The notes below the pieces were generated by a model. The model did no database searches. It was not told where the DNA came from and saw only the letters and a program-made list of their open reading frames with translations. A stretch of DNA of 64,000 nucleotides from Longimicrobiales bacterium (GTDB lineage Bacteria; Gemmatimonadota; Gemmatimonadetes; Longimicrobiales; Gaopeijiaceae), in the NCBI GenBank assembly GCA_965248195.1, contig CBDFIQ010000001.1, positions 448,001 through 512,000 on the forward strand. The letters run 5' to 3'. The position numbers were made by a program, and so were the translations under genes. This document shows, piece after piece, positions 60,360-64,000 of this stretch. The stretch's first letter is position 1; every line of letters starts with the position of its first letter.

Positions 60360-60893
60360 ATGACTGAACAACAAGGCAAATCGCTGACTAGACGGTATCG
60401 TGGTGCGATTCTTGGGATAGTAGTTGCGGGTCTGTTGGTCACAGCGTTTCTAGGGTGGTCCATGACATGCCCCTGTGAGCGAACGCCTGGAGGTTATTTG
60501 TTCGGTGGCAGCGCTGAGGAACAGATTGCCGATTGGTCTTTCGCCAACGATGTCCCTCTGTGTCAGATTCAAGTCGGCGCCGGCCTGCTGCCTTACTCAA
60601 TCAACCTCAACTGTATGGCAACGAGCACCGGAGAACTTTATCTCAGCTGTGGCCAGTGCGATGCCAAACGGTGGGGCGGTGTAGTGCTTGACAACAGCAG
60701 CCTTAGAATGCGACTGGACGGGACTGTATACCCTGTGACTGCTATCCGGGTACTGGATCCAAACGAACTAGATCGTGCGTGGGACGCGAGGGTGGACAAG
60801 CTGCAGGTTCACAGTTCACCTATAAACCCGGCAGTACCTGTTGGCACACCCCGTCCGGATCATTGGTGGTCGTTCCATGTGGTAGCCCGTTAA
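60360..60893 (+). CDS. Hypothetical protein with N-terminal TM helix
   Basis: 177-aa ORF co-directional with its neighbours. Confidence 0.65.
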   Translation: MTEQQGKSLTRRYRGAILGIVVAGLLVTAFLGWSMTCPCERTPGGYLFGGSAEEQIADWSFANDVPLCQIQVGAGLLPYSINLNCMATSTGELYLSCGQCDAKRWGGVVLDNSSLRMRLDGTVYPVTAIRVLDPNELDRAWDARVDKLQVHSSPINPAVPVGTPRPDHWWSFHVVAR

Positions 60894-60957
60894 AGTGGAG
60901 TTGGCCGCGGCGGGCAACCCATCTTGAGTTCCACCCTAATCGCCGAGGAGACGACCG

Positions 60958-61326
60958 ATGGCCCGCGTTCTTGTGATCGATGACGACGAGGAACACCGCA
61001 CGCTCGTCAGACACATGCTAGTCGGGGAAGGCCACCAGATCGACGAGGCGCTCGACGGTGCAGAAGGCCTGCGGCTCTTCGGGAAAAGCCCGCCCGATTT
61101 GGTTCTCACCGACATCAACATGCCCGGTTTGGATGGGCACGAGGTGATCACGGCCATCCGGGTGCTGCACCCCGAGGTCCCGATCATTGCGGTTTCGGGC
61201 GGGGGTGCGATTGCGAAAGACGAGCTCCTCGTGAAGGCCTCGGCTCTTGGCGCGGTCGAGATCATCATGAAGCCCTTCGAGTTCACGCAACTCGTCGGCG
61301 CGGTCAAACGGGCGCTTGCGCGATGA
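60958..61326 (+). CDS. Single-domain response regulator (CheY-like)
   Basis: VIDDD, DLVLTDINMPGLDG, KPF. Confidence 0.93.
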   Translation: MARVLVIDDDEEHRTLVRHMLVGEGHQIDEALDGAEGLRLFGKSPPDLVLTDINMPGLDGHEVITAIRVLHPEVPIIAVSGGGAIAKDELLVKASALGAVEIIMKPFEFTQLVGAVKRALAR

Positions 61327-61354
61327 TTGATCCCGAGCTCTGAGGTGCTGTGGG

Positions 61355-61972
61355 TCAAGAGGTACTGGCGCCTTGGTACTCAACCACCCGTAGGTTCCTC
61401 CACCGCACCTTGATCCCGCCCCCATCGTGGATCTGGAGCGCGATGTGACCTGTGGCCTCACCGATCTTTTCGTCCGTGAGGTCGATCATCTCGGTGCCGT
61501 TCAGCCAGGTCGTGACGCGTGAGCCGACGACCCGGATCTTCATCTCGTTCCAGTCGCCCATGCGGAGCGCGTGGTCCTTCTCCGGTTCCGGCTGGACGAG
61601 CCAGCCGCGCCCATACGATTCGTAGATCCCGCCCGAGTAGAGCCCCGGTGGGGCGACTTCGGTCTGAAATCCGGTGATGATCACGCCGTCGAGCGTCGAA
61701 CGGAAAAAGACACCGCTATTGCCGTCCGCCTCCTGCCCGAACTCGAGCGTAAGCTCGAAGTCCTTGTACATCGCGTCCGTGCGGAGGTAGCCGTACGCCG
61801 CGTCCGGGCCGCTCTCACAGACGAGCTCGCCGTCTTCGACGTACCAGCGCTCGGTTCCGTGGATCGTCCACCCGTCGAGGCTCTCGCCGTCGAAGATGGA
61901 GACGGGCTCCTGGGCCACGAGCGGGGTCGCGATCAGCAGAGCCGCGACCACTCTGCGCGGGATGTGTCTCAG
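61355..61972 (-). CDS. DUF1080 (3-keto-disaccharide hydrolase-like) protein; start uncertain
   Basis: FDGESLDGW, GNSGVFFR, IALQIH, RWRNL. Confidence 0.85.
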   Translation of the reverse strand: MRHIPRRVVAALLIATPLVAQEPVSIFDGESLDGWTIHGTERWYVEDGELVCESGPDAAYGYLRTDAMYKDFELTLEFGQEADGNSGVFFRSTLDGVIITGFQTEVAPPGLYSGGIYESYGRGWLVQPEPEKDHALRMGDWNEMKIRVVGSRVTTWLNGTEMIDLTDEKIGEATGHIALQIHDGGGIKVRWRNLRVVEYQGASTS

Positions 61973-61973
61973 C

Positions 61974-62750
61974 TCAGCCCCCCCCACCGATTGGCCGGAT
62001 CTTGATGTTGCGATACCAGACCGGCGTACCGTGATCCTGCAGCCCAATCGAACCGGAGGGTGCGCGGGCGTAGTGCTCCTCCTCGCCGAACTTGCTCGCC
62101 GCGACCAGCGCCTCCCACTCCTCCGCATACAGCTCGTACTCGACCGTCATCTCCCCGTTGAGCCAGTGCTCGACATGATTTCCCTCGACCACGATCCGCC
62201 CGGTGTTCCACTCACCGACCGGCTTCGTCGGGCGCACGAGCGCCGACTGCAGGTCGTAGTTGTCGCCTGTGAGATGCGTGTTCATGTCCATCGTGCCCAT
62301 GTCGATGTAGGCCGCATCGTCGAGCACCTGGTACTCCGCGGCAACCTGGAACAGGCCCTTGCCGTCCTTTTCCTGCACGCGGTAGAAGACGCCGCTGTTT
62401 CCTTCCGGGCCGACCTTGAAATCGAAGACCAGCGCGAAGTCCGTGAACTTCGCAACGGTGATGATGTCGCCCCCGTCCATGTTACCGCTCGTCGACTGAC
62501 CGACGAGCTCGCCTCGCTCGACCTTCCAGCCTCCGGTCGGGAAGTCCTCGCGACCGTATCCCCGCCAACCGTCCGTGGAGACACCGTCGAAGAGCAAGGT
62601 CCAGCCGGCCGCCACCTCTTCTGCGGCGAGCATGTTGGGTCCCGGCGCCTCAGCCATCGCGTCGGCGGTGGGCGCGTCGTCCCCACCGCTCCCGCATGCG
62701 GCGATCGTAAAAAGTGCCAGCAGCGCCGCGAATCCGGTGAGTGTCCTCAC
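61974..62750 (-). CDS. DUF1080 lipoprotein
   Basis: Lipobox IAAC; LFDG..DGW, GNSGVFY, GLQDHG, YRNIKIR. Confidence 0.88.
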   Translation of the reverse strand: MRTLTGFAALLALFTIAACGSGGDDAPTADAMAEAPGPNMLAAEEVAAGWTLLFDGVSTDGWRGYGREDFPTGGWKVERGELVGQSTSGNMDGGDIITVAKFTDFALVFDFKVGPEGNSGVFYRVQEKDGKGLFQVAAEYQVLDDAAYIDMGTMDMNTHLTGDNYDLQSALVRPTKPVGEWNTGRIVVEGNHVEHWLNGEMTVEYELYAEEWEALVAASKFGEEEHYARAPSGSIGLQDHGTPVWYRNIKIRPIGGGG

Positions 62751-64000
62751 AGGACCTCCATTTTCTCTGGATCCCAGATGACCACCTTCTCGTCGAAGTA
62801 GCTGTCGTTGCACGCGAGTGCCGGGGCGGCCGCCCTCAGCCCGAAGCTCGCGTCTTCGGTCACGGGTGTACCCTCTCTGACGCCGCTGAAGAAGTGCATG
62901 AAGTGGTCGAAGTGCGCGCCTTTGTACGTGTCCTCGGCCAAGTAGACGCTCTCGGCCGGCGGAAGCATCTGCGCCCGGGCCTCGACCGCCTGCGCCATCT
63001 CGTCGCTCTTCATCTGTAGGAAGACGTCCGTCGGGTTGACCGCCTTGTTGCGACGCAGCACGACCTCGGTCCACGTCACGTCCATGGCGCCCTCGCTTCC
63101 CACCAGCCGGAGGAACGTGGTGCCCGACGTGCCATCGACGAAGTTGACTCGCAGCGAGAGGTTGAATGGGGGATGCGTGTCGGCCTCGGGGTAGTCGAAC
63201 ATACCGAGCAGGATGTCCGGCACCTCGCGGCCGTCCTTCCAGTACCGGAGGCCCCCTTGGGCCATGATCTTGCGCGGTCCCTTGGACGACGTCACGAGGT
63301 GCAGGCTCGAGAAGAGGTGCACGAAGAGATCTCCCGAGACGCCCGTTCCGTAGTCGCGGTAGTTCCTCCATCGGAAGATGCGGAGCGGATCGTACGGCAG
63401 CCGGGGGGCGCTGCCGAGGAACATGTCCCAGTCCACGGTCTGCTCCGAGGCGTCTTCCGGGATCTCGTACTGCCAGGCGCCGATCGGGTCGTTGCGGGCC
63501 CAGAAGCCTTCGGCGTAGTTGAGCTCGCCGATCGCGCCCTCCTCGAGCAGCTCCTTGGCCTTCTCGTTTCCGAGCGAGCTCATGCCCTGGCTGCCCACCT
63601 GAAAGGTCTTGCCGGACTCCTGCTGAGCTCGGACAAGCTCTGCGCCCTGCTCGATCGTGTGCACCATCGGCTTCTCGCAGTACACGGCCTTTCCAGCTCG
63701 CAGCGCGTCCACCGACATCTGCATGTGCCAGTGATCGGGGGTCCCGACGATGACGGCGTCGATGTCGTCTCGCGCCAGGATCTCACGGTAGTCTCGCGTG
63801 GTGAAGACGTCTGCACCGTGGAGTTCCTTGGCACGCTCCAGCCGGCCGTCGTAGCAGTCGGCAGCGGCGACGAGCTTCACGCCTGGCACCTGAAGCGCCG
63901 TGTCCACGTCGGTCATGCCCATGCCGCCCGCGCCGATCACCGCGAGTTGAACCTGGTCGTTGGCGGACTGGTATCGGCGAGCGGCAAGCGCGTGCACGTC
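62747..64000 (-). CDS. Gfo/Idh/MocA family oxidoreductase (5' end outside the window)
   Basis: IGAGGMG, TPDHWH, YCEKPM. Confidence 0.92.
   Translation of the reverse strand, partial: DVHALAARRYQSANDQVQLAVIGAGGMGMTDVDTALQVPGVKLVAAADCYDGRLERAKELHGADVFTTRDYREILARDDIDAVIVGTPDHWHMQMSVDALRAGKAVYCEKPMVHTIEQGAELVRAQQESGKTFQVGSQGMSSLGNEKAKELLEEGAIGELNYAEGFWARNDPIGAWQYEIPEDASEQTVDWDMFLGSAPRLPYDPLRIFRWRNYRDYGTGVSGDLFVHLFSSLHLVTSSKGPRKIMAQGGLRYWKDGREVPDILLGMFDYPEADTHPPFNLSLRVNFVDGTSGTTFLRLVGSEGAMDVTWTEVVLRRNKAVNPTDVFLQMKSDEMAQAVEARAQMLPPAESVYLAEDTYKGAHFDHFMHFFSGVREGTPVTEDASFGLRAAAPALACNDSYFDEKVVIWDPEKMEVL

Noticed and set aside
61974..63371. 465-aa ORF as given in the ORF track
   Set aside because: The upstream part overlaps the Gfo/Idh/MocA gene in another frame; the lipoprotein starts at GTG 62750.

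Overview
GC-rich accessory region. The Ser/Thr-kinase stubs suggest a Gemmatimonadota-like bacterium, which is an inference. About 25 kb (~40%) is insertion sequence: 6 complete and 1 self-rearranged IS256-family copies, 5 IS110-family (IS1111-type) copies, 4 IS3-family copies, 4 IS481-family fragments and an IS51-group stub. The backbone from ~14.6 to 58.2 kb is a decayed integron cassette array with ~101-bp attC sites, two toxin-antitoxin cassettes and no intact intI. It contains two attI-like platforms and two tRNA-Pro(GGG) 3'-half att junctions with arm repeats. Highlights: (1) All five IS110 copies sit at the same TG in attC, and their 3' non-coding region carries readable target-guide and donor-guide pairs in bridge/seekRNA architecture. 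(2) An IS481-family element appears to insert 9 bp from attC R'' boxes. (3) Two in-frame-UGA selenoprotein candidates (AhpD-like CxxU, DCC1-like UxxC) were split or truncated by the ORF track. (4) Kinase-gene 5' stubs repeatedly head unrelated genes at 1-5.8 kb. Ordinary genes include ggt, a PaoABC-like molybdo-oxidoreductase operon, a serine hydrolase, DUF1080 proteins and a Gfo/Idh/MocA oxidoreductase. All calls are by eye; no database searches were run.
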